Numbered from the stretch's first letter, positions 19,258-29,931 are shown. The stretch: 32,000 bases of DNA from Zymomonas mobilis subsp. mobilis ATCC 10988 (GCF_000175255.2 NC_017262.1:900001-932000), one strand, 5' to 3'. Numbers and translations are program-made. Notes: generated by a model from the sequence alone, not told the origin.

Positions 19258-19905
19258 TTAGCGATGTAACAGAAAAAGAGCGCTTTCTGCACGCCAATTG
19301 GCTGCGGTGGCGGAAATTTGCCTGTTATGAGAGAAAAACCAGCTTTCTTTTACTTGGTAGTGATGCTGTGCCGTGAAGTCATAGAAATCTTCAATAGTCA
19401 GCATATGAATGTTATCAGTTTCATACCATGAAATAGGCAGATTGGGGGTTACTGGCATCCGTCCCCTTAGCATTAAAGCCATGCGCACTTTCCAATAAGC
19501 GAAATTCGGGAAAGAGATAAAAGCATAGCGTCCGATGCGTAAAAGCTGGTTCAAAACCTGATGTGGGGCGCGTGTCGTCTGCAATGTCTGGCTTAGGATA
19601 ACAAAATCAAAAGCCTGATCAGGGTAATTGATCAGATCTGTGTCGGCATCACCCTGTATAACCGATAATCCTCGCGACACCGCATGGCCGACATTAACGG
19701 GATTGATTTCGATGCCACGGGCATCAATATTTTTGCTCTTTTTTAAAGAAGCGATCAGCGTACCATCGCCGCAGCCAATATCCAGCACCCGACTTTCAGG
19801 GATGATATGATTGGAGATAATAGCAAAGTCAGGCCGCTCCGGTTGCATTGACAGAGACAATTTTACCGAAGGGTCTTCCAGAATTTGAGGATCTTTCAGA
19901 GACAT
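19258..19905 (-). CDS. metW: Methionine biosynthesis protein MetW
   Basis: 215 aa; SRVLDIGCGDGTLIASLKKSKNIDARGIEI, GLSVIQGDADTDLINYPDQAFDFVILSQTLQTTRAP; TAATG overlap with metX. Confidence 0.96.
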   Translation of the reverse strand: MSLKDPQILEDPSVKLSLSMQPERPDFAIISNHIIPESRVLDIGCGDGTLIASLKKSKNIDARGIEINPVNVGHAVSRGLSVIQGDADTDLINYPDQAFDFVILSQTLQTTRAPHQVLNQLLRIGRYAFISFPNFAYWKVRMALMLRGRMPVTPNLPISWYETDNIHMLTIEDFYDFTAQHHYQVKESWFFSHNRQISATAANWRAESALFLLHR

Positions 19906-21026
19906 TATGCGCGGTCACCTTCTAAAAAGCCATGAACCGTTCGGTGAAGGTCTGGCGCATCCAACAAGAAAGAGTCGTGGCCGTTCGGGTTAGATAGCTC
20001 CATAAAGCTGACGGCGGCCCCTGCCGCATTAAGGGCATGGACGATAACCCGCGATTCTGAGGTGGGGTATAGCCAATCACTATCGAAGCTGATGACGCAA
20101 AAGCGGCTTTTGGTGCCTCTGAACGCATTGGCCAATTTCCCACCATGCTCCTCTGCAAGATCGAAATAGTCGGTCGCTCGAGTGATGTAGAGATAGGAAT
20201 TGGCATCAAAGCGTTCAACAAAACGGATGCCTTGATGTCTAAGATAGCTTTCAATCTGAAAATCGGCATCAAAACCGAAGCTCTTTTCCTGTCGCGATTG
20301 TAAGCGCCGTCCGAAACGGGCGGTGAGACCGGATTCGGACAAATAGGTAATATGTGCGGCCATACGGGCAACCGCCAGACCGGCAACCGGTGGGTCTTTT
20401 TCTTCGTAATAGTTACCTTGGCGCCATTTCGGATCCGCCATGATAGCTTGCCGACCGACTTCATGAAAAGCGATATTTTGTGCTGAGTGACGGGCTGTTG
20501 ACGCAATAATAACGACTGATTTTACCCGATCGGGATAGGTCGATGCCCATTCCAAAGCTTGCATTCCGCCCATTGAACCGCCGATCACGGCCTTTAATTG
20601 CCGGATGCCGAGATAATCGAGTAATTTAGCCTGCGCCCGCACCATATCCCGAATAGTAATCACCGGAAAATTCATCGCATAAGGTGTTTCTGTTCCGGGC
20701 ATAAAGCTGGAAGGCCCCGTTGACCCCAGACAAGAGCCGAGAACATTGGAACAAATAATGCAATAGCGTTCGGGGTCGATGGGTTTGCCTTTGCCAATCA
20801 TCCGCGACCACCAGCCCGGTTTGCCAGTAATCGGGTGGTCGGATGCCGCAAATTGGTCAGCCGTTAACGGGTGGCAGATAAGGATCGCATTGGAAGCATC
20901 TGCATTGAGGTGGCCATAGGTTTCATAAGCAATTTCAATTCCGGTGAGTAGGCTGCCCCCATCAAGAGCCAGTTCTCCCGGTAAAGTAATATGCCGTTTA
21001 AGGCCAAAGCGTCTGTCGTTATTCAT
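19905..21026 (-). CDS. metX: Homoserine O-acyltransferase, MetX-type (acetyltransferase by annotation convention)
   Basis: 373 aa; [69 protein letters not shown]. Confidence 0.97.
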   Translation of the reverse strand: MNNDRRFGLKRHITLPGELALDGGSLLTGIEIAYETYGHLNADASNAILICHPLTADQFAASDHPITGKPGWWSRMIGKGKPIDPERYCIICSNVLGSCLGSTGPSSFMPGTETPYAMNFPVITIRDMVRAQAKLLDYLGIRQLKAVIGGSMGGMQALEWASTYPDRVKSVVIIASTARHSAQNIAFHEVGRQAIMADPKWRQGNYYEEKDPPVAGLAVARMAAHITYLSESGLTARFGRRLQSRQEKSFGFDADFQIESYLRHQGIRFVERFDANSYLYITRATDYFDLAEEHGGKLANAFRGTKSRFCVISFDSDWLYPTSESRVIVHALNAAGAAVSFMELSNPNGHDSFLLDAPDLHRTVHGFLEGDRA

Positions 21027-21404
21027 TATCTATTGTCGATTGGCGGTTACAGCAGGGCTTGTCAACGCAGGATTGGGATTATCGGCAGGAAGCCGAGGGT
21101 GATCTTTCTATTTTGTATAATATTGCGTCGTTTTTGTAACCATAAAGTCAGCATGATGAATAAATTCTGTTTTGGAATCGCCTGTTATGGATATTCGCTG
21201 CAATCTGTAATAACGCTTTTCAATAGAGCAAAGGCAGAAGCTTTTATGCCCTATCAGGCAATGGACAAAGCTGGACTCTATTTTTAGAGAAATCCTTGGC
21301 CTTGTGTTTTGAATATTCTCAGCTCAGCGCTGAGAGGGATGGGGCGTGGTTATTTTGAGCCATCATTTTGTCGGAATCTGCGCTTTGGAAGTAAGGAGTA
21401 TTAT

Positions 21405-22154
21405 ATGTCCAAGACCGCTTTAATTACGGGAGCAACGGCAGGTTTCGGCGCAGCGACAGCACGGCTTTTCGTGCGTCATGGCTGGAAAGTGGTGGCAACA
21501 GGTCGCAGGCGTGACCGTTTAGACGAATTGGTTCGTGAGCTGGGTGAAGAAAATCTTTTTCCGGCGGTTTTTGATATTAGAGATGAAAACGCCATGAAGG
21601 AGGCGCTGGCTTCTCTGCCTTCCGAATTTTCTGAAATGGATTTGTTAATCAATAATGCCGGTCTTGCCCTTGGCACCAAGCCTGCGCCTGATATTCAATT
21701 GGATGATTGGCGTATCATGATCGATACCAATGTCACTGCCTTGGCCGTTATTACCCAGCATTTATTGCCTAAGCTGATCGAACGTCAGGGTATGATTATC
21801 AATTTGAGTTCGGTTGCTGCTCATTGGCCTTATCCCGGCGGGAATTGCTATGGTGGGACAAAAGCCTTTGTCCGTCAATTTTCTTATGGTTTACGCTGTG
21901 ATTTGCATGGCACCGGTGTTCGTGTAACGTCTATTGAACCCGGTCTTTGCGAGAGTGAGTTTACTTTGGTGCGAACCAAAGGTGATCAGAAAGCCTATGA
22001 TGAAACCTATAAGGGGGCAAAAGCTCTACAGCCGGAGGATATCGCCGAAACCCTGTTCTGGGTCGCCAGTCAGCCTGCCCATATTAATATGAATTCGATT
22101 GAGCTGATGCCAGTCAGTCAAACATGGAATCCATTCCGAATTTATCGCGGTTAA
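21405..22154 (+). CDS. Short-chain dehydrogenase/reductase, YdfG-like
   Basis: 249 aa from ATG 21405; ALITGATAGFGAATARLFVRHGWKVVATGRR, LINNAGLALG, GGNCYGGTKAFVRQFS. The 21309 start in the track is probably too far upstream. Confidence 0.95.
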   Translation: MSKTALITGATAGFGAATARLFVRHGWKVVATGRRRDRLDELVRELGEENLFPAVFDIRDENAMKEALASLPSEFSEMDLLINNAGLALGTKPAPDIQLDDWRIMIDTNVTALAVITQHLLPKLIERQGMIINLSSVAAHWPYPGGNCYGGTKAFVRQFSYGLRCDLHGTGVRVTSIEPGLCESEFTLVRTKGDQKAYDETYKGAKALQPEDIAETLFWVASQPAHINMNSIELMPVSQTWNPFRIYRG

Positions 22155-22169
22155 TTATTAAGGTCTTTT

Positions 22170-24935
22170 GTGACAGAATATTCTGATAAGCCCCATCTTA
22201 TTCTGATTGATGGATCGGGTTATATTTTTCGTGCCTATCATCGTCTCCCCCCGTTAACGAACAAGGCTGGACTGCCTGCGGGAGCGGTTTATGGTTTTAC
22301 CACCATGCTTTGGAAGCTGGTGGAAAATATCCGCAAGCAGGATGATGCCCCGACCCATTTCGCGGTTATTTTTGATTCAAGCCGCAAAAGTTTTAGACAG
22401 GATTTATATCCGGCCTATAAAGCCCATCGGCCGCCGCCGCCGGAAGATTTGGTGCCGCAATTCCCGCTTATCAGAGAAGCGACCCGCGCCTTTTCTGTGC
22501 CTTCTATCGAGCAGGAAGGTTTGGAAGCCGACGATATTATCGCCTGTTATTCACGAGTTGCCTTAGAACGCGGATTTCAGGTGACGGTCTATTCTTCGGA
22601 TAAAGATCTGATGCAGTTGATTCAGCCGCGATTAAATCTTTTTGATCCGGTGAATAATTGCCTGATCGGTTCGGAACAGGTCGTTAAAAAATTTGGTGTT
22701 GTGCCTGAAAAATTGGGCGATCTTCTCGCCTTGATGGGGGATACCGCCGATAATATACCTGGTGTTCCCGGTGTGGGCCCGAAAACCGCCAGTCGCCTTA
22801 TCAATGAATATGGTAATCTGAGCGAGATTTTGGAATCAGCACCGGAAATCAAGCAGCCGAAATTAAGACAAAATCTAATCGAATATAAAGAAACGGCTAT
22901 TTTATCTCGTGAATTGGTAGCTTTGGTTGATGATAAGCCTTTACCCGAACCACTGGATAATCTGGTGGTGAAGGGGGTTGATATGACTCCTTTGCGGGAT
23001 TTCTTGAGCGAGCAGGGCTTTTCTTCTTTATTAGCGAGAGCTGGGGGAGGGCAGAGCGCACCCGTTGCTGATGGCAGTAAAGAGATGGCCGCTTCTTCTT
23101 CGCAGAGTTTCGACCCTGATGCCTATGAAACCGTGATCGATGAAAAGGCTTTGGATCGCTGGATAGCAGATATCTATCAAAAAGGTCAGGTCGCGGTAGA
23201 TACTGAAACTGACAATCTGGATGCAACCCAAGCGCAATTAGTGGGTGTCAGTTTGTCCACGGAGGCGGGGAAAGCCTGTTATATCCCTTGTGGGCATGGA
23301 GGCCATGATCTTCTTGACCAGAAGCCCGATCAAATGGATTTGTTGCTTCTTGTCAAAAAGTTAAAGCCGGTTTTGGAAGATCCCTCTATTCTGAAAATCG
23401 GTCAGAATATCAAATATGATATGATTGTTCTGTCCCGATACGGAATTTCGGTTCAGCCCTTCGATGATACCATGCTTTTGAGCTATGATCTTGATGCGGG
23501 TCGCCATGGCCATGGTATGGATGAACTGAGTCTTTTGTATTTTGACCACCAGCCCATCAGTTTTAAATCCGTATGTGGCACAGGAAAATCAGCGATAACC
23601 TTTAACCATGTGCCTATTCCGGCAGCGACGCGTTACGCCGCCGAAGATGCTGATATTACTTTTCGGTTGTGGGCATTATTAAAACCGCGCTTATCATCCG
23701 ATGGTGCTACCCGAATTTACGAAGAGGTTGACCGTCCGTTACCGCCAGTGATTGCTCGGATGGAGCAGGCTGGCATTACGGTCGATAGCGTTGCTTTGCA
23801 TCATCTGTCTTCCCGTTTTGCTCATGATATCAGTCGTCTCGAAGAAGAAATCTATGCCTTGGCAGGCTGCCGTTTCTTGATTTCTAGCCCTAAGCAGTTG
23901 GGTGAAGTGTTATTCGGGACGATGGGGCTTGCTGGTGGTAAAAAGAGCAAAAGCGGACAATATTCTACCAATGTTACGGAATTGGAACGATTAGCGGCCG
24001 AAGGTGAGGTGATTGCCTCCAAGATTTTGGAATGGCGGCAGCTTTCAAAGCTGAAAAGCACCTATAGTGATGCTTTGATTGGCAAGATCAATCCTGAAAC
24101 GGGGCGTGTCCATACCAGCTTTAGTCTGGTTGGGGCGCAGACTGGCCGATTATCTTCTACTGATCCGAATTTGCAGAATATTCCTATCCGCACCGAAATT
24201 GGTCGGGAAATCAGAAATGCCTTTATCGCAAAAAAAGGGCATCTGTTATTATCGGCTGACTATTCGCAGATAGAGTTGAGATTGGCGGCGCATGTAGCCG
24301 ACGAAAAAGCCTTATTACAAGCCTTTCAGGAGAAAGAAGATATTCACGCTTTGACAGCCAAACAGTTATTTGGTCATGTTGATCGTGAAAGTCGGGCGCG
24401 TGCCAAGACCATCAATTTTGCTATTCTCTATGGTATTTCGGCTTGGGGGCTGGCAGCGCGGCTGGAAATAGACCGTTTTTCAGCGCAGGAAATGATAGAC
24501 CGCTATTTTGAGCGTTTTCCTGCTATTCGTCACTATATTGATCGGACATTGGATTTTGTCCGTTTGCATGGCTATGTTGAAACGCCTTTTGGTCGTAAGA
24601 CTCATTTGCCTGCGATAAAAAGCCGTAAAGTGACAGAAAGGCAAGCCGCTGAAAGACAGGCGATCAATGCGCCTATTCAAGGCATGTCTGCCGATATTAT
24701 CAAGCGAGCCATGGTGCGAATGGAGCCTGCCTTAGCAAAAGTCGGACTTTCTTCGGTGAAAATGCTTTTACAGGTTCATGATGAACTGATTTTTGAAGTC
24801 CCCGAAGAAGATATTGAAAAAGCGAAACCTGTTATTCGTCAGGTGATGATGGAGGCGGCTTTACCGATTGTTCAGTTGTCGGTTGATCTGGAAGTCGAAA
24901 TCGGCACGGGGACAAGTTGGGGTGCCGCACATTGA
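22170..24935 (+). CDS. polA: DNA polymerase I
   Basis: 921 aa with 5'-3' exonuclease (LILIDGSGYIFRAYH, GDTADNIPGVPGVGPKTA), 3'-5' exonuclease (VAVDTETDNLDATQAQLVGVSLS) and polymerase motifs (SADYSQIELRLAAHVADE, TINFAILYGISAWGLA, LLQVHDELIFEVPEE). Confidence 0.99.
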   Translation: MTEYSDKPHLILIDGSGYIFRAYHRLPPLTNKAGLPAGAVYGFTTMLWKLVENIRKQDDAPTHFAVIFDSSRKSFRQDLYPAYKAHRPPPPEDLVPQFPLIREATRAFSVPSIEQEGLEADDIIACYSRVALERGFQVTVYSSDKDLMQLIQPRLNLFDPVNNCLIGSEQVVKKFGVVPEKLGDLLALMGDTADNIPGVPGVGPKTASRLINEYGNLSEILESAPEIKQPKLRQNLIEYKETAILSRELVALVDDKPLPEPLDNLVVKGVDMTPLRDFLSEQGFSSLLARAGGGQSAPVADGSKEMAASSSQSFDPDAYETVIDEKALDRWIADIYQKGQVAVDTETDNLDATQAQLVGVSLSTEAGKACYIPCGHGGHDLLDQKPDQMDLLLLVKKLKPVLEDPSILKIGQNIKYDMIVLSRYGISVQPFDDTMLLSYDLDAGRHGHGMDELSLLYFDHQPISFKSVCGTGKSAITFNHVPIPAATRYAAEDADITFRLWALLKPRLSSDGATRIYEEVDRPLPPVIARMEQAGITVDSVALHHLSSRFAHDISRLEEEIYALAGCRFLISSPKQLGEVLFGTMGLAGGKKSKSGQYSTNVTELERLAAEGEVIASKILEWRQLSKLKSTYSDALIGKINPETGRVHTSFSLVGAQTGRLSSTDPNLQNIPIRTEIGREIRNAFIAKKGHLLLSADYSQIELRLAAHVADEKALLQAFQEKEDIHALTAKQLFGHVDRESRARAKTINFAILYGISAWGLAARLEIDRFSAQEMIDRYFERFPAIRHYIDRTLDFVRLHGYVETPFGRKTHLPAIKSRKVTERQAAERQAINAPIQGMSADIIKRAMVRMEPALAKVGLSSVKMLLQVHDELIFEVPEEDIEKAKPVIRQVMMEAALPIVQLSVDLEVEIGTGTSWGAAH

Positions 24936-26479
24936 CAACCCTAAATAAAGAAGAAGCTGAAGCTAAAGATATTGCTATCTTGGCAAAGGGTGGGCGCACC
25001 AATGTTTTTGGCTTTCTGTTACGCTTGGCAGCCCGTATCCCCTTTCTTTTTATTGCGGGGCGTATCTATGGTGCCGATGCACTTGGCCGTTTTGCCTATG
25101 CTATTTTGGTAACAGAATTTACTGCCCAACTGGCAACATTAGGGTTGACCCGAGGGCTGGCCGAGAAATTGGCGCGCACGAAAAAAGACGAAAATCACGT
25201 CGTCGGGGATGCGTTATTGCTATCCTTGATAACCGCTTCGATCGGGGCGGTGATTTTGTCTTTCCTACCTATCCTGATGTTTCGGGGCGCGCCTGTCAGC
25301 TTTGCTGACCATTGGTTATTCCCTTGGGTCGTGGTGCCTTTAGTCTGGGCTGATATTGCCTTGGCGGCCTTGGCTTTTTATGGCGATATTGCGGCTAGCG
25401 TGAAAGCGCAGGCGATTATCGAGCCTTGGGTGTTGTCTATTTCATCGGTGATTTTTATCTGGATAGCGCCGCATGAAGGTTTGTTATTATCCTATGTTGC
25501 CTCGGCAGTCGCGGCTTTGGCTGCATCGCTTTATCCTCTGTTAAAGCGTTTCGGTTGGCCGCATGGTTGGCGTCCCCATATTCCGACCTTATTTTCTCTG
25601 GCAAGGCGCAATATTCCCTTGGCCGCTGCTGATGCGATTGAATGGAGTTCGAGGCGGCTTGATATCGTTTTATTGGGGCTGTTTTTCTCTTCTTCAGTCG
25701 TCGGGGTCTATTATGTTGCCCAACAGGTCGCCTCTTTGGTGCAAAAGCTGAAAACCAGTTTCGATCCGATTTTGGGCCCTGTAATTACCCGTAGTCTGGA
25801 GGCTGGTGATAAAGCGGCGGTTGCCAATCAGGTGCGTCAGGTCGGATTTTGGATTATTGCAGCGCAGACCGGCGTTACCCTTGCTTTGGGTTTGACCAGT
25901 CATGGTGTCATGGGGTTAGTGGGCCCTCGCTTTGCTGGTGGTGATGGGGCATTATGCTTTTTGTTGGTTGCAGAAGTGGTAGCCGCAACCGCAGTCATTT
26001 CAGAAGCTGCCCTGATTTATATTGCCCCCAAAACCAATATGGCTATTTCGATTGCGATGCTGTCTTTGCAGGCTGCCCTTTCAATTCCGTTGATTTCTGT
26101 TTTGCATAAGCATCTGGGACATAATCCTTTACCGTCAGACTTGGCGGCTGCTGCGGGCCCAGCACTTGCCTTGGCGATATCGCTTGGCACTGGCTCCATT
26201 TTGAAATCATGCTTGTTACGCCGCCTTTTGAAAGCGCCAGTTTCTCCTTGGAAATGGGCCTTGCTTCCGGCAGTGATTGGGGCAGGGGCTGTGGGAATGG
26301 TAGCGCGGCAATTCCCTGAATGGCTGGAACTGTCTTTGGGCGTTATTATGATCTTGGTCAGCTATTCTTCTATTATCTGGTATTTAGGATTTTCGGCTGA
26401 AGACCGGATGCTGTTTAAACGCCAGAAAATGCCCGATTTAGCTGAACCCGTGATGAAAGCAGATGAGGAAGAGGCTTGA
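24917..26479 (+). CDS. Polysaccharide-biosynthesis flippase-like membrane protein
   Basis: 520 aa; MATE/Wzx-like multi-span protein (GRIYGADALGRFAYAILVTEFTAQLATLGLTRGL...; GVYYVAQQVASLVQKLKTSFDPILGPVITRSL). The start could be downstream of 24917, near the polA stop. Confidence 0.85.
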   Translation: MGCRTLTTLNKEEAEAKDIAILAKGGRTNVFGFLLRLAARIPFLFIAGRIYGADALGRFAYAILVTEFTAQLATLGLTRGLAEKLARTKKDENHVVGDALLLSLITASIGAVILSFLPILMFRGAPVSFADHWLFPWVVVPLVWADIALAALAFYGDIAASVKAQAIIEPWVLSISSVIFIWIAPHEGLLLSYVASAVAALAASLYPLLKRFGWPHGWRPHIPTLFSLARRNIPLAAADAIEWSSRRLDIVLLGLFFSSSVVGVYYVAQQVASLVQKLKTSFDPILGPVITRSLEAGDKAAVANQVRQVGFWIIAAQTGVTLALGLTSHGVMGLVGPRFAGGDGALCFLLVAEVVAATAVISEAALIYIAPKTNMAISIAMLSLQAALSIPLISVLHKHLGHNPLPSDLAAAAGPALALAISLGTGSILKSCLLRRLLKAPVSPWKWALLPAVIGAGAVGMVARQFPEWLELSLGVIMILVSYSSIIWYLGFSAEDRMLFKRQKMPDLAEPVMKADEEEA

Positions 26480-27509
26480 CCGGATGCGCTTTCTTTCTGG
26501 TCTATCTTCTTTTTATAAAGCGCACCGGCTGCTGATAAATTTGTCGATTTGTTTGCCGCCGATGGCCCTGTTGTCTTTATCAATAGGGTCAACCCATATC
26601 GGTGTTATGGCTTTATGGCAGGCGGTGGCGGGAGTCGGTGACCCAACATCACGATTGATTTTAGGATTGTTACGTTTACCCCGCCTTTGTGTTGGTTTAG
26701 CTGTCGGCGCTATTTTGGGGATGGCGGGCGCGGTTAATCAGGGGTATTTGCGGAATCCTTTGGCTGACCCTTCTTTATTAGGTACCTCTAATGCCGCTGC
26801 TTTGGGGGCTGTTTTAGCTTTCTATTTTGGGTTTTCTGCCCGCTTTCCTATTTGTTTACCTCTTTTTGCCTTTATCGGTGCTTTGGCTGGGTTATTGCCT
26901 TTATTATGGTTTGTCCGCCGCCATAATGACCCACAAAGCCTTATCCTAGGGGGCGTAGCGATCGCAGCTTTTTCGGGAGCCTGTATTAGTCTTGCTTTGA
27001 ATTTATCGCCCAATCCCTTTGCCGCTATGGAAATTATGACATGGTTGATGGGGGCTATTACAGATCGAAGTTGGAACCATGTCTGGCTTCTTATTGCGCC
27101 GTTTTTTCTGTCTTTATTTTTGTTTAGGCGCACGGCACCCGCCCTTGATGCGTTGATCTTAGGGGATGACGTTGCTGCCAGTTTGGGATTTGATCTTGCT
27201 CGATTACGTTGGTTGATTATGGCCGCTTTGGCGATAGGGGTCGGGGGTGCTGTTGCGGTCAGCGGCGCAATCGGTTTTGTCGGCTTGATTGTGCCGCATA
27301 TTCTCCGCCCCTTTACTCGTCAGTTGCCTTCTGAATTGTTATGGCCTTCTGCTATTGGGGGCGCTTTATTAGTGACCTTGGCTGATATCCTTGTTCGTCT
27401 GTTACCGACACAGAATGAATTGCAACTGGGGGTCGTGACCGCTTTTATCGGAGTACCTATTTTTTTCCGGCAGGCCATAAAAGGCGTGGGAGCGATGAAA
27501 AGCCTATGA
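26463..27509 (+). CDS. FecCD-family ABC transporter permease (iron/siderophore/cobalamin class)
   Basis: 348 aa; LGLLRLPRLCVGLAVGAILGMAGAVNQGYLRNPLADPSLLGTSNAAALGAV, LILGGVAIAAFSGACISL, GAIGFVGLIVPHILR. An alternative start is at 26484. Confidence 0.94.
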   Translation: MRKRLDRMRFLSGLSSFYKAHRLLINLSICLPPMALLSLSIGSTHIGVMALWQAVAGVGDPTSRLILGLLRLPRLCVGLAVGAILGMAGAVNQGYLRNPLADPSLLGTSNAAALGAVLAFYFGFSARFPICLPLFAFIGALAGLLPLLWFVRRHNDPQSLILGGVAIAAFSGACISLALNLSPNPFAAMEIMTWLMGAITDRSWNHVWLLIAPFFLSLFLFRRTAPALDALILGDDVAASLGFDLARLRWLIMAALAIGVGGAVAVSGAIGFVGLIVPHILRPFTRQLPSELLWPSAIGGALLVTLADILVRLLPTQNELQLGVVTAFIGVPIFFRQAIKGVGAMKSL

Positions 27510-28291
27510 TACATCTGGCTGCCGGCAATATTCTGTTTAAAACGGGTAGCCATCAGGCTGCCATCACCCTCCGTGGCAGTTGTTCCTTTGAGGGGGGTAT
27601 TCTGACCGGAATGATTGGTGCCAATGGCGCAGGTAAAACCACCTTTTTAAAAATATTGGCTGGCTTGCAATCTCCGGAAAGAGGGCAGGTTATTTTAAAT
27701 GACCGTCGCCTTGCTGATTTGTCGCCGCAGCAAAAAGCAGAGGCGATTGCCTATTTGCCCCAAGATCGCCGGATCCAATGGCCCGTGAAAGCATGCGATC
27801 TGATTGCGCTTGGTCGTTTACGCTATGGGCGGTCGTTAAACCGATTAAATCAGCAAGATAGCCATGCCATCGCCCATGCTGTTGAAACAACAAAAACGGG
27901 TGATTTACTTGATCGTTCTATGGATTCACTTTCTGGCGGTGAGCAGGCGCGTATCTTGTTAGCGCGGGCTTTAGCGGTTGATGCACCTATTTTATTAGCA
28001 GATGAGCCTTTGGCTGCCCTTGATCCCGGTTATGCCATGCAGATTATGGAAGTGTTATCACAAGAAGCCCAAAAGGGACGGATTGTTGTTGTTGCCTTGC
28101 ATGATTTGACCTTGGCAGCGCGCTATTGTGATCGGCTTCTTTTATGGCATCGGGGTGAAATCGTTGCTGACGGTAAACCCGAAACAGTTTTGACCCAAGA
28201 GTGGCTAGAGCAATGTTATCATATAAAAGCGATCAGCCAGAATTATAGGGGGCATTGGTTAGTCACCCCTTATGATCGGGTGGATTCCTGA
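27506..28291 (+). CDS. ABC transporter ATP-binding protein (FepC/HmuV-like)
   Basis: 261 aa; Walker A GANGAGKTTFLK, signature LSGGEQARILLARAL, Walker B ILLADEPLAALD; ATGA overlap with the permease. Confidence 0.96.
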   Translation: MIHLAAGNILFKTGSHQAAITLRGSCSFEGGILTGMIGANGAGKTTFLKILAGLQSPERGQVILNDRRLADLSPQQKAEAIAYLPQDRRIQWPVKACDLIALGRLRYGRSLNRLNQQDSHAIAHAVETTKTGDLLDRSMDSLSGGEQARILLARALAVDAPILLADEPLAALDPGYAMQIMEVLSQEAQKGRIVVVALHDLTLAARYCDRLLLWHRGEIVADGKPETVLTQEWLEQCYHIKAISQNYRGHWLVTPYDRVDS

Positions 28292-28516
28292 AATTAATTT
28301 TGGAGTTTACCTTAATTATATAAATTATCTTTAATCACAGCTTGTTTAATGCCGAAAAAATGTCCACTCTTATAAAAGGTAACAGGACAATTAAGTCAGT
28401 TATCGGCCTTTGATTATCTTAATTGGGGTGAAGATAGCAAAAGATTGCCGTTACATTCTTGCCGACTTGTTTCGGAGAGAAAAACGCTTCAGCACCAACG
28501 GGAGGGAGGACGTATC

Positions 28517-29065
28517 ATGAATTCCCCGAAGAAACCAGCTAATGGTGCCATGGCTCTGGTGGAAATGAAAGAGTTTGCGACCTTTCCGGCTGCAACTCAA
28601 CGCTATATTCGTCGTTCATTGGATATTGGTCTGAAACGCCATGACGTTTTAGAACGGTGGTCGCGGGATGTTATCGAAGCGGCCAGTATTCGGGCGCAGA
28701 CTCAAGTGTATCATCATTTGGATACGGTTCGTCATCACTTGCCGGATGACAATGGTTTGGAATCTTTGCAGCATTTCATGACGCCGCTGATTATTATGTC
28801 GGCTTTTGATTTGGGGCAGGATCGTCTGAACAGTTTCTCAGCCTATCGTTTTCTTTACGAAAGGCTGATTGGGGCGGCTGTGCGTCCTTGGTTACCATCA
28901 GCGTTTTGTGCATCGGCTGCTTTGCCGCATCTTCATCCTGAAAAGCGTCGTGCGCTTTTGCAGTCGATTAGTGAGGCTGCCGTGACGGCACCCGGATGGT
29001 CGAACCGTCCGCCTTGCTTTATTCCCGAATGGGTTGAAAAGGTGCAGCAGCATCTACCGAATTAG
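28517..29065 (+). CDS. Hypothetical protein, no family recognised
   Basis: 182 aa from ATG 28517 with a purine-rich GGGAGGGAGGA stretch upstream: MNSPKKPANGAMALVEMKEFATFPAATQRYIRRSLDIGLKRHDVLERWSRDVIEAAS... The track start of 28445 is longer. Confidence 0.7.
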   Translation: MNSPKKPANGAMALVEMKEFATFPAATQRYIRRSLDIGLKRHDVLERWSRDVIEAASIRAQTQVYHHLDTVRHHLPDDNGLESLQHFMTPLIIMSAFDLGQDRLNSFSAYRFLYERLIGAAVRPWLPSAFCASAALPHLHPEKRRALLQSISEAAVTAPGWSNRPPCFIPEWVEKVQQHLPN

Positions 29066-29084
29066 TGTTTTTGATATTTTGAGG

Positions 29085-29120
29085 AAAGCCTCCGAATGAC
29101 ACGGCGGCTTTTTTGTTTTT
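29085..29120 (+). terminator. Rho-independent terminator after the 28517 ORF
   Basis: AAAGCCTCCG AATGACA CGGCGGCTTT, one internal mismatch, followed by TTTTGTTTTT. Confidence 0.75.
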
Positions 29121-29181
29121 GAGTGTAATTTTAAAGAAATGGAAAGGCAGCCTCCTTTTGGAAAGAATGCTGCCCTTGTGA

Positions 29182-29931
29182 TTAGTCTTGGCTATTGAGC
29201 TTTTCCGCTGCCGCATAAAGGGCGACAGCCACCGCATTCGAAACGTTCAGGCTCTCGATTTTAGAGCTGATCGGCAATTTCGCCAATTCATCGCAATGCG
29301 CTTCAGTATTCTGCCGCAAGCCTTCGCCTTCTGCTCCTAAGACTAACGCGGTTTTTCCGCTGCCTAAGGTTTGGGATAAGGTGGCTTCTGAATGACCCGT
29401 CAAACCAATACGCCAATAACCGGCTTCTGCAATTTCATCTAAAGCCCGCGCCAGATTGGTCACTCTGACCCAAGGAACGACTTCCAAAGCACCACTGGCT
29501 GCCCGTGCTAAAGCGCCGGATTCTGGCGGTGCATGGCGATCTTGTGTAATGATGCCGAGGGCATCAAAGGCCGCCGCCGAGCGTAGAATAGCCCCGACAT
29601 TATGGGGATCTGTCACTTGATCGAGAACTAGAAGCGGGCGTTTATCTGTTTCTGGCAAATCCAAAAGGTCAGCCAGCCAGATATCAGGAAGAGGATCAAC
29701 CTCGATAACAATGCCTTGATGCGGGGCATCATTAGGAACAAAACGACCCAGATCGGCAACGTCAGAAAGAGTGACCGGAATAGATTTATCAATATTATAG
29801 GGTGCCAAGGCTTCCCTTGTAGCCCATATCCGCCGGATATGGCGTTCTGGATTGTTGAGAGCCGCTTCAACCGCATGGCGTCCCCAAAAACGAGGATGAG
29901 AGGGGGAGGCCTTATTCCGGCTTCGAGCCAT
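29182..29931 (-). CDS. rlmB: 23S rRNA (guanosine-2'-O-)-methyltransferase RlmB/TrmH family
   Basis: 249 aa; WGRHAVEAALNNPERHIRRIWATREA, LVLDQVTDPHNVGAILRSAAAFDALGIITQDRHAP, LVLGAEGEGLR, LNVSNAVAVALYAA. Confidence 0.94.
   Translation of the reverse strand: MARSRNKASPSHPRFWGRHAVEAALNNPERHIRRIWATREALAPYNIDKSIPVTLSDVADLGRFVPNDAPHQGIVIEVDPLPDIWLADLLDLPETDKRPLLVLDQVTDPHNVGAILRSAAAFDALGIITQDRHAPPESGALARAASGALEVVPWVRVTNLARALDEIAEAGYWRIGLTGHSEATLSQTLGSGKTALVLGAEGEGLRQNTEAHCDELAKLPISSKIESLNVSNAVAVALYAAAEKLNSQD

Noticed and set aside
20991-21287. 98-aa plus-strand ORF between metX and the SDR
   Set aside because: It overlaps the metX start antisense and shows no family features; weak support for coding.
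21323-21334. Perfect palindrome CTCAGCGCTGAG upstream of the SDR gene
   Set aside because: Only 12 nt with no spacer or second copy seen; not enough for a claimed operator.
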